Shown piece by piece: positions 31,392-42,081 of a DNA stretch of 64,000 bases. Where the stretch lies: contig JBHJHA010000026.1 in NCBI GenBank assembly GCA_050331235.1, forward strand, positions 1-64,000, written 5' to 3'. Position 1 is the stretch's first letter, and each line of letters opens with the position of its first letter. The notes under the pieces are model-generated. The model was given only the letters and a program-made list of their open reading frames with translations, searched no databases and was not told the DNA's origin. This DNA is from Leptolyngbyaceae cyanobacterium. GTDB lineage: Bacteria > Cyanobacteriota > Cyanobacteriia > Phormidesmidales > Phormidesmidaceae. Both the position numbers and the translations under genes were made by a program.

Positions 31392-31772
31392 TTACGTTGA
31401 AGAGACATGGTGGGGCTGTGGCTGAACTGGGAATCGATTAACCGAGCCTTCGGGTAACTGTCCCAACCGAGACTGCTGCGCCAAGATCATGGCAACATCG
31501 CGCGGTTGTACATGGCTATACAGCTTTTCTTCAGGCAGTAACAACACCATGGGGCCGCTGCCGCACTGCCCCATACATCCTGAGCCTATGACCTCGATCG
31601 CCTCATTTGCCTTAGTCACAAAAACATGATGAACAGCTGCAGCTCCATCTTTGGTACAGGTGGTGTGGCGACACACTCGCACCTGCTGGCGAGCATCTGA
31701 GCGGCACGGACGATCGCACCCAGATATTTCCTGAGTGCGATCGTCTCCGAAATTAGCCTTTGGTGTTGACAC
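31392..31772 (-). CDS. Thioredoxin-like (2Fe-2S) ferredoxin domain protein
   Basis: VCRHTTC..DG...SGCMGQCGSGPMV. Confidence 0.8.
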   Translation of the reverse strand: MSTPKANFGDDRTQEISGCDRPCRSDARQQVRVCRHTTCTKDGAAAVHHVFVTKANEAIEVIGSGCMGQCGSGPMVLLLPEEKLYSHVQPRDVAMILAQQSRLGQLPEGSVNRFPVQPQPHHVSST

Positions 31773-31778
31773 AACGAC

Positions 31779-32747
31779 CTACGAAAGTGGCACGTTGGAG
31801 CCGTTGTCTCCAACGATGGCCTTCATGCCTTCCAAGGTCGCGGGAATCGCCCGGGGATCCATAAACATGACCTTGCTACTGCCGCTTTCACCAATCTGCT
31901 GTCCCATTTCCAGATAGTTTTGCGCTAGCAGAAACTGCAGCGCATCCTTGGCCTGGGGATCAGAGCGGAGCTTGTCAGCAATGATTGCCATTGCCTCAGA
32001 TGTGGCCTGGGCCTTGAGCACTGCTTCCTGCCGCAACGCTTGAGCCTTGAGGACGATCGCTTTTTGTTGCGCTTCTGCGTCTAAAATCGCCGCCTTCTTA
32101 CCGGACTCTGCCGCCAACACTTCTGACTCGGCTTGCCCTTTAGCGCTATTCACGGCCGACTCTCGTTCCCCTTCAGAGGTCAACACAGCCGCTCGCTTAC
32201 GTCGCTCTGCGGCCATCTGCAGCTCCATAGAATCCTGGACGGCTTTTGAGGGCATGATGTCCCGCAGTTCTACCCGTGTCACTTTGACGCCCCAAGGGTC
32301 CGTCGAGATATCGAGTTCCCGCAACAGCGACTCATTGATTTCAGACCGCGCTGTAAAAGTCTCATCGAGCTCTAATTTACCCATCTCAGCGCGAATCTGA
32401 GTTAGCACAAGATTGACCATCGCCGCTTGTAGATTTTCTACCTTGTAATAGGCTTTTTCCATATCAACGATGCGCCAATAGACCACCGCATCCACAGAGA
32501 TTGAGACATTGTCGCGGGTAATACAGGACTGGGGTGGTACGTCCAAGACACGCTCGCGCACCGTCTGCTTAAAAACAACCTTGTCGATCACTGGGGTGAT
32601 GAAGTTAAGGCCTGGAGTCAGCTTTTTACCGTTGTAACGACCTAGTGATTCCACGAGAGCCTCATCGCTCTGGTTTACAATCTTGACCGAGCTAGCAGCG
32701 ATGCCGCCGCCGAGGGCCAGCACAAATAAAAAACCTAGGGGATTCAT
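31779..32747 (-). CDS. SPFH/stomatin (band 7) protein
   Basis: [37 protein letters not shown]. Confidence 0.95.
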   Translation of the reverse strand: MNPLGFLFVLALGGGIAASSVKIVNQSDEALVESLGRYNGKKLTPGLNFITPVIDKVVFKQTVRERVLDVPPQSCITRDNVSISVDAVVYWRIVDMEKAYYKVENLQAAMVNLVLTQIRAEMGKLELDETFTARSEINESLLRELDISTDPWGVKVTRVELRDIMPSKAVQDSMELQMAAERRKRAAVLTSEGERESAVNSAKGQAESEVLAAESGKKAAILDAEAQQKAIVLKAQALRQEAVLKAQATSEAMAIIADKLRSDPQAKDALQFLLAQNYLEMGQQIGESGSSKVMFMDPRAIPATLEGMKAIVGDNGSNVPLS

Positions 32748-32790
32748 AAACTATCCTCAAAAACAATGGATGGATTGAGCACGATCAGCT

Positions 32791-33213
32791 TCAGCGAATA
32801 CTGTGTTCTGGCATGATGAGCAGGGTGTTGCCATTACGGCCAATCACAATTACCGGCTCGTCAGCCCCGATCAGGGTGTCGACATCTTCACACCGAGCCT
32901 GCCAAGAGTTTCCCTCGTACAAGACTCGACCAGGTTGGCCAGGGGCGATCGCGGTAAGCGTTCTCGCCTCAGTAGAGTCAGCCAAGGTGTAAGGCGTCCG
33001 CTTGGGGACAAACCGTTTCAATGCCCAATTGGCCAATACCGATAGCACCGCCCAAATCACCACTTGAATTGTGAACTGTGGCAAGAGCAACGCGACCAGC
33101 GCGACTACTAAGGCACTCACGCCGAGGGTGGCTTCTATAAATGCAGTCGGGACAAACAGCTCCATGAGGCAGAGCACAGTACCCACTATCAACCAAAACA
33201 GAGGAAGACTCAT
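32791..33213 (-). CDS. NfeD family protein
   Basis: TM N-terminus with ELFVP; GRVLYEGNSWQA OB fold; classic partner of SPFH genes. Confidence 0.92.
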   Translation of the reverse strand: MSLPLFWLIVGTVLCLMELFVPTAFIEATLGVSALVVALVALLLPQFTIQVVIWAVLSVLANWALKRFVPKRTPYTLADSTEARTLTAIAPGQPGRVLYEGNSWQARCEDVDTLIGADEPVIVIGRNGNTLLIMPEHSIR

Positions 33214-33676
33214 AGCCGACAAAAGAGGAAACGTAAGGACGCAAACTTAAACAGAGACACGACTGCTGAATTTAGGGGACAGACCTTGATGTTAGCGAGC
33301 AAGTTTCCACAACCCGGCTATAGCCGGCGGCGGCCGAGCATTTGGCTCAGCCTTAAGACGCTACTTGCATTCCATCCTGGGATTAGCTACACCCATCAGG
33401 CAGCATTTTCCTGAAAGCTGGGCCGCATCACAATTGGTTCCTGAAGGCACGGCTTTTCACTAGCAGGTCGATGTCATTCTCATGATGACGCTGTTTCTCA
33501 GGAGTCCATAGCAATCGGCATAATTCGTTTAGGTTTGGCAGCCGACGCTAAATATGCCGCAAACTCCCTGAGCGAAAATCAAAAGATCCACTAGGATTAA
33601 TCTAATCTTGAGCTTGGGGCATCTGGGCGAAAGACGCGATAGGCAACCTTGTGATGGACTAGACCATCTTGAGCAA

Positions 33677-35473
33677 ATGACAACTATGAGTGCAGAGCGA
33701 GTAGGATCTCAAACCCGAGTGTGTCTCTGGGCTGTCGGACCGGGCACCGCAGCTGTCGCCGTTGGCGAAACCGTTGGCGATCGCTACGAAGTAATTGCCC
33801 CGCAAATCTGGAAGGATTTGACCCCCGATGAACCGGTGCAGCCCCCGGCGGAGCTACCCGAGTCTGCTCTTCCCTACCTACAAGCCCATCGCCAGCGTCT
33901 TCATATCCCTGGGGTCTATGACATCGTAACGGCCCCGGATCAATCCCCTTGGTTATTGCTTGACAATGCGCCGGTCAATCCTCGTTCTGGGGAGCTCTTT
34001 CCCACCTTGCAGAGTCAGTGGGCATCGACCCCCGCCATGAGACAAATGTCTTGGCTATGGCAAATCTGGCAGCTATGGCCGCTCCTACAAAGCTGGAATC
34101 TAGCCGCTAGTCTGCTGACAGCTGACAACATCCGAGTTGAAGGCTGGCGGATTCGGTTGTTACAGCTAGTGCCTGACAGGCAGCCGTCCACCCTCAAGTT
34201 ACTGGCTGAGAGCTGGCAGCCCCTTCTTGACGGGGCTCATTCAGCGATCACGGCCGCTTTTCGTCATCTAGTTCAGGCGATCCTTTCCGATGACCTCACT
34301 CCCGAGCAGCTCACCGTTGACCTCAATTATTTGCTGCTCAAAGAGTCCGCTCGCCACCGGCCCCGATTTCGAATCGCGGGGGATACCCACCCCGGTCCCC
34401 AGCAATCTCGTAATGAAGATTTTTGCTATCCCATTGGTGAGCAACCCGAAATCCCCACGCCCCGCATCGCCATCGTCTGTGACGGCATCGGCGGCCATGA
34501 AGCGGGGGAGGTCGCGAGTCAGATTGCCGTGCGATCGCTGCAACCTCAGCTCCAGGGACTCCTGGCTGAGTCTGGCCATGAAGAAAACGCCGTTCCCCCG
34601 GATGTAATTGCGCAGCAAATCGAGGCCGCCATTCGGGTCGTGAACGATCTGATTAATACCCAAAATGATTTACAAAGCCGAAGCGAACGGCAGCGTATGG
34701 GCACCACACTGGTGCTGGCAATCGTCCTGCCTCAGCGCATCAAAACTCCCCAAGGTTGGATTCAAGTCGAGGAGCTCTATATTGCTCAAGTAGGTGACAG
34801 TCGGGCGTATTGGATTACCCCTGACTATTGCCATCAGCTCACCGTTGATGACGATATTGCTGGACGCGAGACTTTAGCCGGTCGGGTCTTGTACAGCACA
34901 TTGCGGACGCGTCCTGAGGCGAGTTCACTGACCCAAGCCCTCGGGACACGGGGCAGTCAGTTTTTGACTCCCCATGTACAGCGGCTGCCCATGGATGAAG
35001 AAGGGGTGTTGCTGCTTTGCTCCGATGGCCTCAGCGATCGCCAGCAGGTCGAGCAGGCTTGGGCCAACTACATTGGGCTGATCATTAAAGACATCATCTC
35101 GTTACAGTCAGCCGTCGATTCCTGGATTGAGTTAGCAAACCAGAAAAATGGCCATGACAACGCAACCGTTGTGCTGATGCATGTTAAGCCGTTTGTCTCA
35201 GCTACCTATGGCCGCCCTGAGGTTGATCCTGAGGTAGCCGAGGATACAACCTCAGCCGAAACCCTGACGGACGCCTCTAAAGCCTTGCTCTACGGTGAAG
35301 AAGCGGCCGAATCGTCAGAACCAGACGCGGATGTGCAAACGGCGACGATTCCCCGCTGGTGGATCATCACCGTAGCGATTGGTATTCTCTTTTTTGCGGG
35401 GCTGGCTGGCTGGTGGGTCGCCGGCAAGCTCGCGACCACTTCCCCTAAACCCAACTTAGAAAGCGTTGAGTAA
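33677..35473 (+). CDS. PP2C-family Ser/Thr phosphatase with N-terminal extension and C-terminal TM
   Basis: RNED, CDGIGGH, MGTT, VGDSRAY, LTQALG, CSDGLSD, GHDN; start uncertain. Confidence 0.92.
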   Translation: MTTMSAERVGSQTRVCLWAVGPGTAAVAVGETVGDRYEVIAPQIWKDLTPDEPVQPPAELPESALPYLQAHRQRLHIPGVYDIVTAPDQSPWLLLDNAPVNPRSGELFPTLQSQWASTPAMRQMSWLWQIWQLWPLLQSWNLAASLLTADNIRVEGWRIRLLQLVPDRQPSTLKLLAESWQPLLDGAHSAITAAFRHLVQAILSDDLTPEQLTVDLNYLLLKESARHRPRFRIAGDTHPGPQQSRNEDFCYPIGEQPEIPTPRIAIVCDGIGGHEAGEVASQIAVRSLQPQLQGLLAESGHEENAVPPDVIAQQIEAAIRVVNDLINTQNDLQSRSERQRMGTTLVLAIVLPQRIKTPQGWIQVEELYIAQVGDSRAYWITPDYCHQLTVDDDIAGRETLAGRVLYSTLRTRPEASSLTQALGTRGSQFLTPHVQRLPMDEEGVLLLCSDGLSDRQQVEQAWANYIGLIIKDIISLQSAVDSWIELANQKNGHDNATVVLMHVKPFVSATYGRPEVDPEVAEDTTSAETLTDASKALLYGEEAAESSEPDADVQTATIPRWWIITVAIGILFFAGLAGWWVAGKLATTSPKPNLESVE

Positions 35474-35500
35474 GGGAGCTCAAACAAGCCAAATGACAAC

Positions 35501-35530
35501 AGAAAGGCGAGGGCTGAAACAACCCTCGCC
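35501..35530 (-). terminator. Rho-independent terminator (probably bidirectional)
   Basis: GGCGAGGG-N9-CCCTCGCC stem, followed by TTTCTGTT on the minus strand. Confidence 0.6.
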
Positions 35531-35600
35531 CATTAGCTAAATACACATAAGTGCGATTGCGATGTGGACACATCAAAACAACGCCAAAAATGTATTGAGC

Positions 35601-35729
35601 CTAAAATATACTTCGACTTTTGCCAGTTTTACTAATTCTCTGGATACCCCAGAGCAATCCGTAAACGACGACCAAGTAGGTCACAGCAAGCATCAATATC
35701 CATAAGGTAGGTGAAAGCAAGAGGTTCAT
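35601..35729 (-). CDS. 42-aa single-TM small protein (not in ORF track)
   Basis: Hand translation MNLLLSPTLWILMLAVTYLVVVYGLLWGIQRISKTGKSRSIF*; hydrophobic helix plus basic tail; terminator downstream. Confidence 0.6.
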   Translation of the reverse strand: MNLLLSPTLWILMLAVTYLVVVYGLLWGIQRISKTGKSRSIF

Positions 35730-36361
35730 TTTGTGTGCGATGAGAAGCTAGACGACGGCAATAACTGCACTGCCTCATCTGAAGGACAACTGCCGCCTAG
35801 CTCAAAAAGATCTTACGCATCACGCGATACAAGTATTACCTGAGTGCTACTGCTTCCATTCCAGTGAACGGAAGCAGTCAAATGGCACTCAAAAAAACCG
35901 CTTGTTTTTGCGATGGCCTACGAACTCCTAGAGATAACAACAGCTGCCCAAAAGCTTGTTGCGTCAGAGCGAGTTACTAAGAACCAGCAACAAACTTCAA
36001 GTTGCAGTACTATTCTGTTTTCTTCAAAACTTGTCTTTATACTAACATACGCCTGAGAGTCTGTACACCTCTCCACCTAAGAGATTGACACATCTTTTGA
36101 AAATCGATCCTTTGCTTAAGATTGATTTAACTTTCGTAAAACAAAAGTATCTCGTGACAGCGAATGGACCCAAGATGGCGGGCGATCGCGGTTTTTAATT
36201 CAACGGCAGCCGCTAGAAGTCTGGGTTATGGCCAGGGCAACCGCTTTTGCCCACTGCATAAGAAGGTTTCATGGGTGCGATTTTTCCCTCCCGGTGCGGG
36301 TGCCTTAGAATAGACGTAGAACTGTAAAATTTCGTAAACCTACGCCTGGGTCGGCTTATCC

Positions 36362-37333
36362 ATGGTTTCAGTGACTTCTTTATTTGCTCCAGTCGAATCT
36401 GATTTGCATCTTTTAGTAGAAAATTTAAAGAATTTAGTTGGCGCGAAACATCCCATTTTATACGCTGCGGCTGAGCATCTCTTTGGTGCCGGGGGTAAAC
36501 GGATCCGGCCAGCGATTGTGTTGCTACTGGCTCGGGCAGTATCCCCCCAATCCGATTTGTTGCCCGAGCATCGTCGTTTAGCCGAGATTACGGAAATGAT
36601 CCACACCGCTAGCTTGGTCCATGATGACGTTGTAGATGAATCTGACGTGCGCCGTGGGGTCCCAACCGTTCACAGTAGTTTTGGTAATCGTGTGGCGGTC
36701 CTGGCCGGTGACTTTTTGTTTGCCCAATCATCTTGGTACTTGGCAAACCTCAATAATTTGGCAGTGGTCAAGCTACTGTCCGAAGTCATTATGGACTTGG
36801 CAGAAGGCGAAATTCAGCAGGGGCTCAATCGATTTGATACCGATCTAACTTTGGAAGCTTATCTCGATAAGAGCTACTACAAGACAGCTTCCTTAATTGC
36901 CAACAGCGCTCGATCTGTGGGGGTCCTCAGCGGGTTATCGGAGCATCAACTTGACGATCTCTACGCCTATGGTCGTCATTTAGGCCTGGCCTTTCAGATT
37001 GTTGATGACATTTTAGACTTTACTGGGTCCAGCGATGTGCTGGGCAAGCCAGCGGGGTCTGACCTCAAAAGTGGCAATTTGACTGCCCCGGTTCTCTTTG
37101 CGCTGGAAGAAAAATCGCAGCTGAGGGGCCTAATTGAGCGGGAGTTTTCTGAGACCGCAGATTTTGAACAGGCATTGGAACTGATCCATGAGAGCGAGGG
37201 CATTGCTCGATCGCGCACTTTGGCCAATCAGCAGGTTGAGCAAGCGATCGCCCGGTTAGCGGATTTACCGGCTTCCGAATCTCGCAGTGCGCTGGTAGAA
37301 CTCGGTAGTTACGTACTCCGTCGGATTTACTAA
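36362..37333 (+). CDS. sds: Solanesyl diphosphate synthase
   Basis: GGKRIRP, HDDVVD..RRG, KTASL, FQIVDDILD, GKPAGSDL. Confidence 0.93.
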   Translation: MVSVTSLFAPVESDLHLLVENLKNLVGAKHPILYAAAEHLFGAGGKRIRPAIVLLLARAVSPQSDLLPEHRRLAEITEMIHTASLVHDDVVDESDVRRGVPTVHSSFGNRVAVLAGDFLFAQSSWYLANLNNLAVVKLLSEVIMDLAEGEIQQGLNRFDTDLTLEAYLDKSYYKTASLIANSARSVGVLSGLSEHQLDDLYAYGRHLGLAFQIVDDILDFTGSSDVLGKPAGSDLKSGNLTAPVLFALEEKSQLRGLIEREFSETADFEQALELIHESEGIARSRTLANQQVEQAIARLADLPASESRSALVELGSYVLRRIY

Positions 37334-37720
37334 GCTGTTGACGCGCAAATTGCTCATGTGCTTTGCAGCACGAGTCGCGGATATTCACAGCTCAGTCTGC
37401 TGTCTCTAATCAGGTATTGAGGAGAAATCCGATGGGATTGTCGCCGAGATCGTGCAGGACTGGTCTGGAAAACAGCGGCGATATGTGGAGCGGTACCCCT
37501 TAGCATGACTAGGATGAGTCACCAACGTCGTGGATCATTGAGACAAACAATCCGGGGAAAGGGGTTGGGGCCAGCTCGCCTGTTGGCGTCAATCAACCTC
37601 CAGGCGAGGTGGCGTCGCTACCCTATGGAAAAGACTGACTCGGCGTTTTGCACACTTGCACGGAGCATACTCTGGACTCTATCAGCGATAGGATAATCAG
37701 GTCCCGTCTCTACCGCAGCG

Positions 37721-38200
37721 ATGGCCCAGGAAATCGAGCGTAAGTTTTTGGTCAAAGATGCTTCCTGGCGCCAGGGGGCCCAAGGTGTGCTTTACCGTCA
37801 AGGCTACATTCCCACTCAGACCCACGCCACCGTCAGGGTACGAGTGGTAGGAGACCGGGGTTATCTTACGATTAAAGGACCTACCACTGGCATTTCACGG
37901 CAGGAATTTGAATATGACATCCCCCTTGCCGATGCTGAAACTTTGTTGAGCAGCCTTTGTGAGCCACCGTTGATTGAAAAATGGCGCTACCGCATCAACG
38001 TCGGCAGGCATATCTGGGAGGTGGATGAGTTTTTAGGAGATAATGCTGGCCTTATCCTTGCTGAGGTTGAGCTCACCGCCGAAGCCGAAGCCTTTGACTG
38101 TCCCCCTTGGGTGGGCACCGAGGTTTCACAGGATCATCGGTATCACAATTCCAGCTTAGCTAAGTACCCTTATCGCAAATGGTCATCCGCCAATTCATAG
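37721..38200 (+). CDS. CYTH domain protein
   Basis: EIERKFLV, RVRV, LTIKG, EFEY, WEVDEF, AEVEL. Confidence 0.93.
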   Translation: MAQEIERKFLVKDASWRQGAQGVLYRQGYIPTQTHATVRVRVVGDRGYLTIKGPTTGISRQEFEYDIPLADAETLLSSLCEPPLIEKWRYRINVGRHIWEVDEFLGDNAGLILAEVELTAEAEAFDCPPWVGTEVSQDHRYHNSSLAKYPYRKWSSANS

Positions 38201-38381
38201 TTCTTTGCCCTTGCATCACTATGTTTTGCCACTGAGTCCTATTGGGCAGTACATCCTCACGCCTAAACAATTGGCTTTCTTCCCATAACGCGATAGTCTC
38301 AAACTCTAGTGGAGAACGCAGGCTATGCGTCTCTGCAAGCATTTAGTATATTTGCAGCTTGTTGTTAGCCGTTTGCAGTTT

Positions 38382-38873
38382 ATGGCTTCTACCTACTCTT
38401 TTGATATTGTGAGCGAATTTGACCGGCAGGAATTGGTCAATGCGATCGACCAAGCTCGTCGCGAAATTACCACTCGCTATGACCTCAAGGACAGCAAAAC
38501 CTCGATTGAACTCAGTGATAAAACAATTACGATTGAAACTGACAGCAATATGACCCTGCAGTCTGTGCAGTCCATCCTGCAAACTAAGGCAGCAAAACGT
38601 AATTTATCCCTCAAGATTTTTGAATTTGGCAAGGCAGACTCGGCCAGCGGCGGCCGAGTCCGTCAAGAAGTTTCTCTCAAAGAAGGCATTGACAAGGAAG
38701 TAGCTAAAGATATTTCAAAATTTGTGCGCGATAACGTCAAAAAAGCCCAGGCGTCAATTCAAGGCGAGGCCGTACGAGTCACAGCCAAGTCAAAGGATGA
38801 TTTACAAGCAGTGATTCAACTGCTGAAATCCGCGGACTGGCCAGTTGCCCTGCAATTTACCAATTATCGCTAG
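38382..38873 (+). CDS. yajQ: YajQ family nucleotide-binding protein
   Basis: [31 protein letters not shown]. Confidence 0.95.
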   Translation: MASTYSFDIVSEFDRQELVNAIDQARREITTRYDLKDSKTSIELSDKTITIETDSNMTLQSVQSILQTKAAKRNLSLKIFEFGKADSASGGRVRQEVSLKEGIDKEVAKDISKFVRDNVKKAQASIQGEAVRVTAKSKDDLQAVIQLLKSADWPVALQFTNYR

Positions 38874-38902
38874 CCTTCATAGGCCCTCAACCTAGCCAAG
38901 AG

Positions 38903-40924
38903 CTATTGCTCTGTAGTCTCAACGTTGGAAACATCGGTCAAGGGAACTTGCCATTCTTGTAGTCGTCGCTGGGCCTCAGGATACGCTGCTGTGCCCAGGG
39001 GAATTTGCTGGGCAATGGCGATTGCTGACGATGGGCTACTAAATGCTGCTGATTCGGCGATGCCCATCACATCCCAACTCCATTGGTTCGCCGCCTGCTG
39101 TGCTAATGGCCAATCAGCACTGGACTGGGGCACACCTTGGGCCAGCGCGATCGCCTCAATCAGGGCCGCCACAGTCCCAATCTCAGCGATGGCTAGGGCC
39201 TGTTGATAGGATTGGCGACCTTGCTGTTCTGACTGCCAGTCAGCGATCGCCGTTTGGGCTTCGTCGTATATGGCTTGATTCGCAGGAATCCGGGACGCCA
39301 CCTCAATGGCCTGATTAATGCGGCCGGTATCGGCCAGCTGACGCGCCTCTGTGAGAATGGGCTGATTATCCATTCTTTGTATTTGCCAGCGCCAGTCCGC
39401 AATCAACGCTTGAGCGTCATCGTACAGAGCACTGCGGGTGGAAATCTGTTGAGCTTCTGCCACTGCTGCCTGAAGGCTCGAGCGATCGCCCGCAATGGCC
39501 GTCAACTTAGCCCGATCTAGAATAGGTTGGTCTTCGATGAGGGCAATATCTCGCCGCCACTGGTTAATTTGGTCCTGGGTTTCATCCCATAGAGGACTGT
39601 TGGGCGCGACTTCCTCGGCTTCGCGAATTCCTGCCCGCAGGCTCTCCACCGTTCCTGCACGAGCCACCTGCTGGGCCCAGTTGAGCTGAGCCACCCCCTC
39701 TAGCTCCGCTTGCCATTGCCGTCGCAGATCGCGGGCGCGATCGTGTAGGGGGCGATCGCGCCCGATGCTTTGTAACCGCACAATAGCCGCCTCATATCCA
39801 GCTGTTGTGCGCGCCCAGGTCAATTCATAGGCATCTACCAATGTGCGAAAATCTGCCACTTCCTGCTCTAAACCGGCTACCGCTGGAATCTCCGCCAGAA
39901 TTTTAAGCGCCTCAGCACTGTTTTGGTCTGCTAACGCCGACTCCGCCAGATCCAACAGCTCCTGACTCATGGCCTTCAGCACAGTTTGGGCTTCGGCATA
40001 AACATAGCTTTCCGGTTCAATAGCCGCCACCTGCTCTAAGGCTGTCAAAATATCATCAACGGTGCCGCGCCGGGCAATTCTTTCCGCATTCGCCAGAATA
40101 TTGACTTCTTCTCGGGTGCGGCTGATGAGACTGGTCAAATTGTCATAGCGCTGATTGGCCCAGTATTCATTATCCACTGAGCGTAGCTGGATCGCCGCCG
40201 TAAAGGCTTCTCGAAAGTTAGATGCGCGCAGGTGATTTTCTGCTTCCCGAAAAATGGATTCGGCTTGCTCCCAAATCTTGCGCCACCGAGTCACGCGATC
40301 GCTGACCAGCGCCGCGGCGGCGGTGTTGCTGGGAATCTTTTGAGCCATGGCAATGGCGTCTTCTAGCTCACCCTGGTTAAAAGTTTGATCGGCAATGTGC
40401 AAGATCTCGTCGGCCCAGAGCTCCACGCGGTCGTTAATCTCTGTCCGCAGGGGATGATCAGCGGGCAACGCCTCAACTAGGGCGATCGCCGCGAGTAAGC
40501 TGTCTACCGAGCCCTGATCGGCATAGGCCTCAGCACACTGGAGACGCGTCGCAGCTGACGCCATTGGCCAAAAGATGGCTCGACAGTTGGGGAGATTAGG
40601 AATGCGCAGCAGGCTAACCGCTGACGCCCCAGCGACCCCACCGAGCAACACCACCGAGAGAAATGCCCAGATCATCCAGCCATTGAATCGTTTTGTGGTC
40701 GTTGCCCCCAACGACTTCGAGGCTAAGACCGACGTTGCCTGAGCTGATTGGGATTGAGCGGTAGAAGTCGCCTGCAAGTTTTTCTCCGGTAACCGTTTAG
40801 CGGCTGGGCGAGGGCGCTGAAACCGTCGAGGTGGAGGCAGGGCTCCTTGCCTCAAACCCGGGTTTGGGGCTTGGGAGGTAGGCCCCTGAGACCGTTGAGG
40901 GTATGGATTTTGGGAGCTGCTCAT
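38903..40924 (-). CDS. Membrane-anchored alpha-helical repeat protein (cyanobacterial conserved hypothetical)
   Basis: Disordered N-terminus, TM, PNLPNC...RLQCA, repeated AI..A..IP....Y.EAQ..I..W units. Confidence 0.85.
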   Translation of the reverse strand: MSSSQNPYPQRSQGPTSQAPNPGLRQGALPPPRRFQRPRPAAKRLPEKNLQATSTAQSQSAQATSVLASKSLGATTTKRFNGWMIWAFLSVVLLGGVAGASAVSLLRIPNLPNCRAIFWPMASAATRLQCAEAYADQGSVDSLLAAIALVEALPADHPLRTEINDRVELWADEILHIADQTFNQGELEDAIAMAQKIPSNTAAAALVSDRVTRWRKIWEQAESIFREAENHLRASNFREAFTAAIQLRSVDNEYWANQRYDNLTSLISRTREEVNILANAERIARRGTVDDILTALEQVAAIEPESYVYAEAQTVLKAMSQELLDLAESALADQNSAEALKILAEIPAVAGLEQEVADFRTLVDAYELTWARTTAGYEAAIVRLQSIGRDRPLHDRARDLRRQWQAELEGVAQLNWAQQVARAGTVESLRAGIREAEEVAPNSPLWDETQDQINQWRRDIALIEDQPILDRAKLTAIAGDRSSLQAAVAEAQQISTRSALYDDAQALIADWRWQIQRMDNQPILTEARQLADTGRINQAIEVASRIPANQAIYDEAQTAIADWQSEQQGRQSYQQALAIAEIGTVAALIEAIALAQGVPQSSADWPLAQQAANQWSWDVMGIAESAAFSSPSSAIAIAQQIPLGTAAYPEAQRRLQEWQVPLTDVSNVETTEQ

Positions 40925-41187
40925 ATTGTCTCTAAACAAAGACGGGACGGGGAGTATCTAGCGTGGCCAACTAAGAAAGCAAAATAATCAGCCCTACATG
41001 TGGAAATTATGAGTGGCTGTCTAAGGTTGTCGATAGTATATCGAGCACTTCTAAAGGTAGAGCATCCTTTCAAGATCTATCTTGATTGCTGAGGTTTGTA
41101 AACTCATGCCGCCTATGGCCAACGGTTTTCGTAACGGATGAGCAGTTGTAGCCTGGGAGAGCACCTGACATAACAGAGGAAGCAATT

Positions 41188-42066
41188 GTGAACATTGCAT
41201 TTATTGGTTTGGGGACCATGGGCGCCCCCATGGCGATGAATTTACTCAACGCGGGGCATACCGTGATCGTTCATAATCGCACCCGCGATCGCGAAATCGC
41301 CCTGGTAGAGGCTGGAGCCCATCGTGCTGCGTCACCCCAAGCCGCCGCCAGCACCGCTGAGATGGTGATTACTTGTGTTAGTGATACCCCAGATGTGCAG
41401 TCAGTTATTTTGGGCGATCGCGGCGTCATCCACGGAGCACAGCCTGGTGCAACGGTGATTGATATGTCGACCATCAGCCCAGTGGTCACCCAACAGATAG
41501 CTGCCGCCTTAGCCGAGCAGCAAATCAACCTGATCGACGCCCCGGTTTCCGGCGGTTCTGAGGGGGCGCAGCAGGGCACTTTATCCATTATGGTGGGTGG
41601 CGAGGTCGACATCGTTGAGCGGGTGCGGCCGGTCTTGGCAGCCATGGGCACAACCATTACCTATGTTGGCCCCGTTGGCGCTGGACAAACGACCAAAGCC
41701 ATCAACCAAATCATCGTAGCGGGAACCTACTGGGCGATCGCTGCGGGGATAGCCTTGGGGTTGAAAGCAGAGCTCGACATGGACCGCGTCATTCAAGCGG
41801 TCGGTGGGGGGGCAGCCGGCTCCTGGGGGCTCACTCATCGGTCCGGCAACATGGTCAAAAACGAGTATCCCTTAGGCTTCCGCATTCGCTTACATCGCAA
41901 AGACCTCGATATTGCCCTAGAGACCGCCCGTGAACTGGGAGTGCCATTACCCATGGCGGCCTATGTGGAACAAGTGGAAACGGGCTTGATTGGGCGGGGC
42001 TTTGGGGATGAAGATATCTCGGCGATCGCCCGGAGCCTGCGCGAGCAGTCCGGCCTCGACAAGTAG
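41188..42066 (+). CDS. Beta-hydroxyacid dehydrogenase (tartronate semialdehyde reductase-like)
   Basis: FIGLGTMGAPMA.NL, DAPVSGG, GQ.TKAINQ, KDL. Confidence 0.93.
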   Translation: MNIAFIGLGTMGAPMAMNLLNAGHTVIVHNRTRDREIALVEAGAHRAASPQAAASTAEMVITCVSDTPDVQSVILGDRGVIHGAQPGATVIDMSTISPVVTQQIAAALAEQQINLIDAPVSGGSEGAQQGTLSIMVGGEVDIVERVRPVLAAMGTTITYVGPVGAGQTTKAINQIIVAGTYWAIAAGIALGLKAELDMDRVIQAVGGGAAGSWGLTHRSGNMVKNEYPLGFRIRLHRKDLDIALETARELGVPLPMAAYVEQVETGLIGRGFGDEDISAIARSLREQSGLDK

Positions 42067-42081
42067 TGTGGCATTATTCCC

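Noticed and set aside
35841..35891. Glutamine riboswitch or CIRCE in the hairpin
   Set aside because: Only fragments (CGTTCA/GGAAG; GAGTGC/GCACTC in the wrong order and spacing); kept as an unassigned structure
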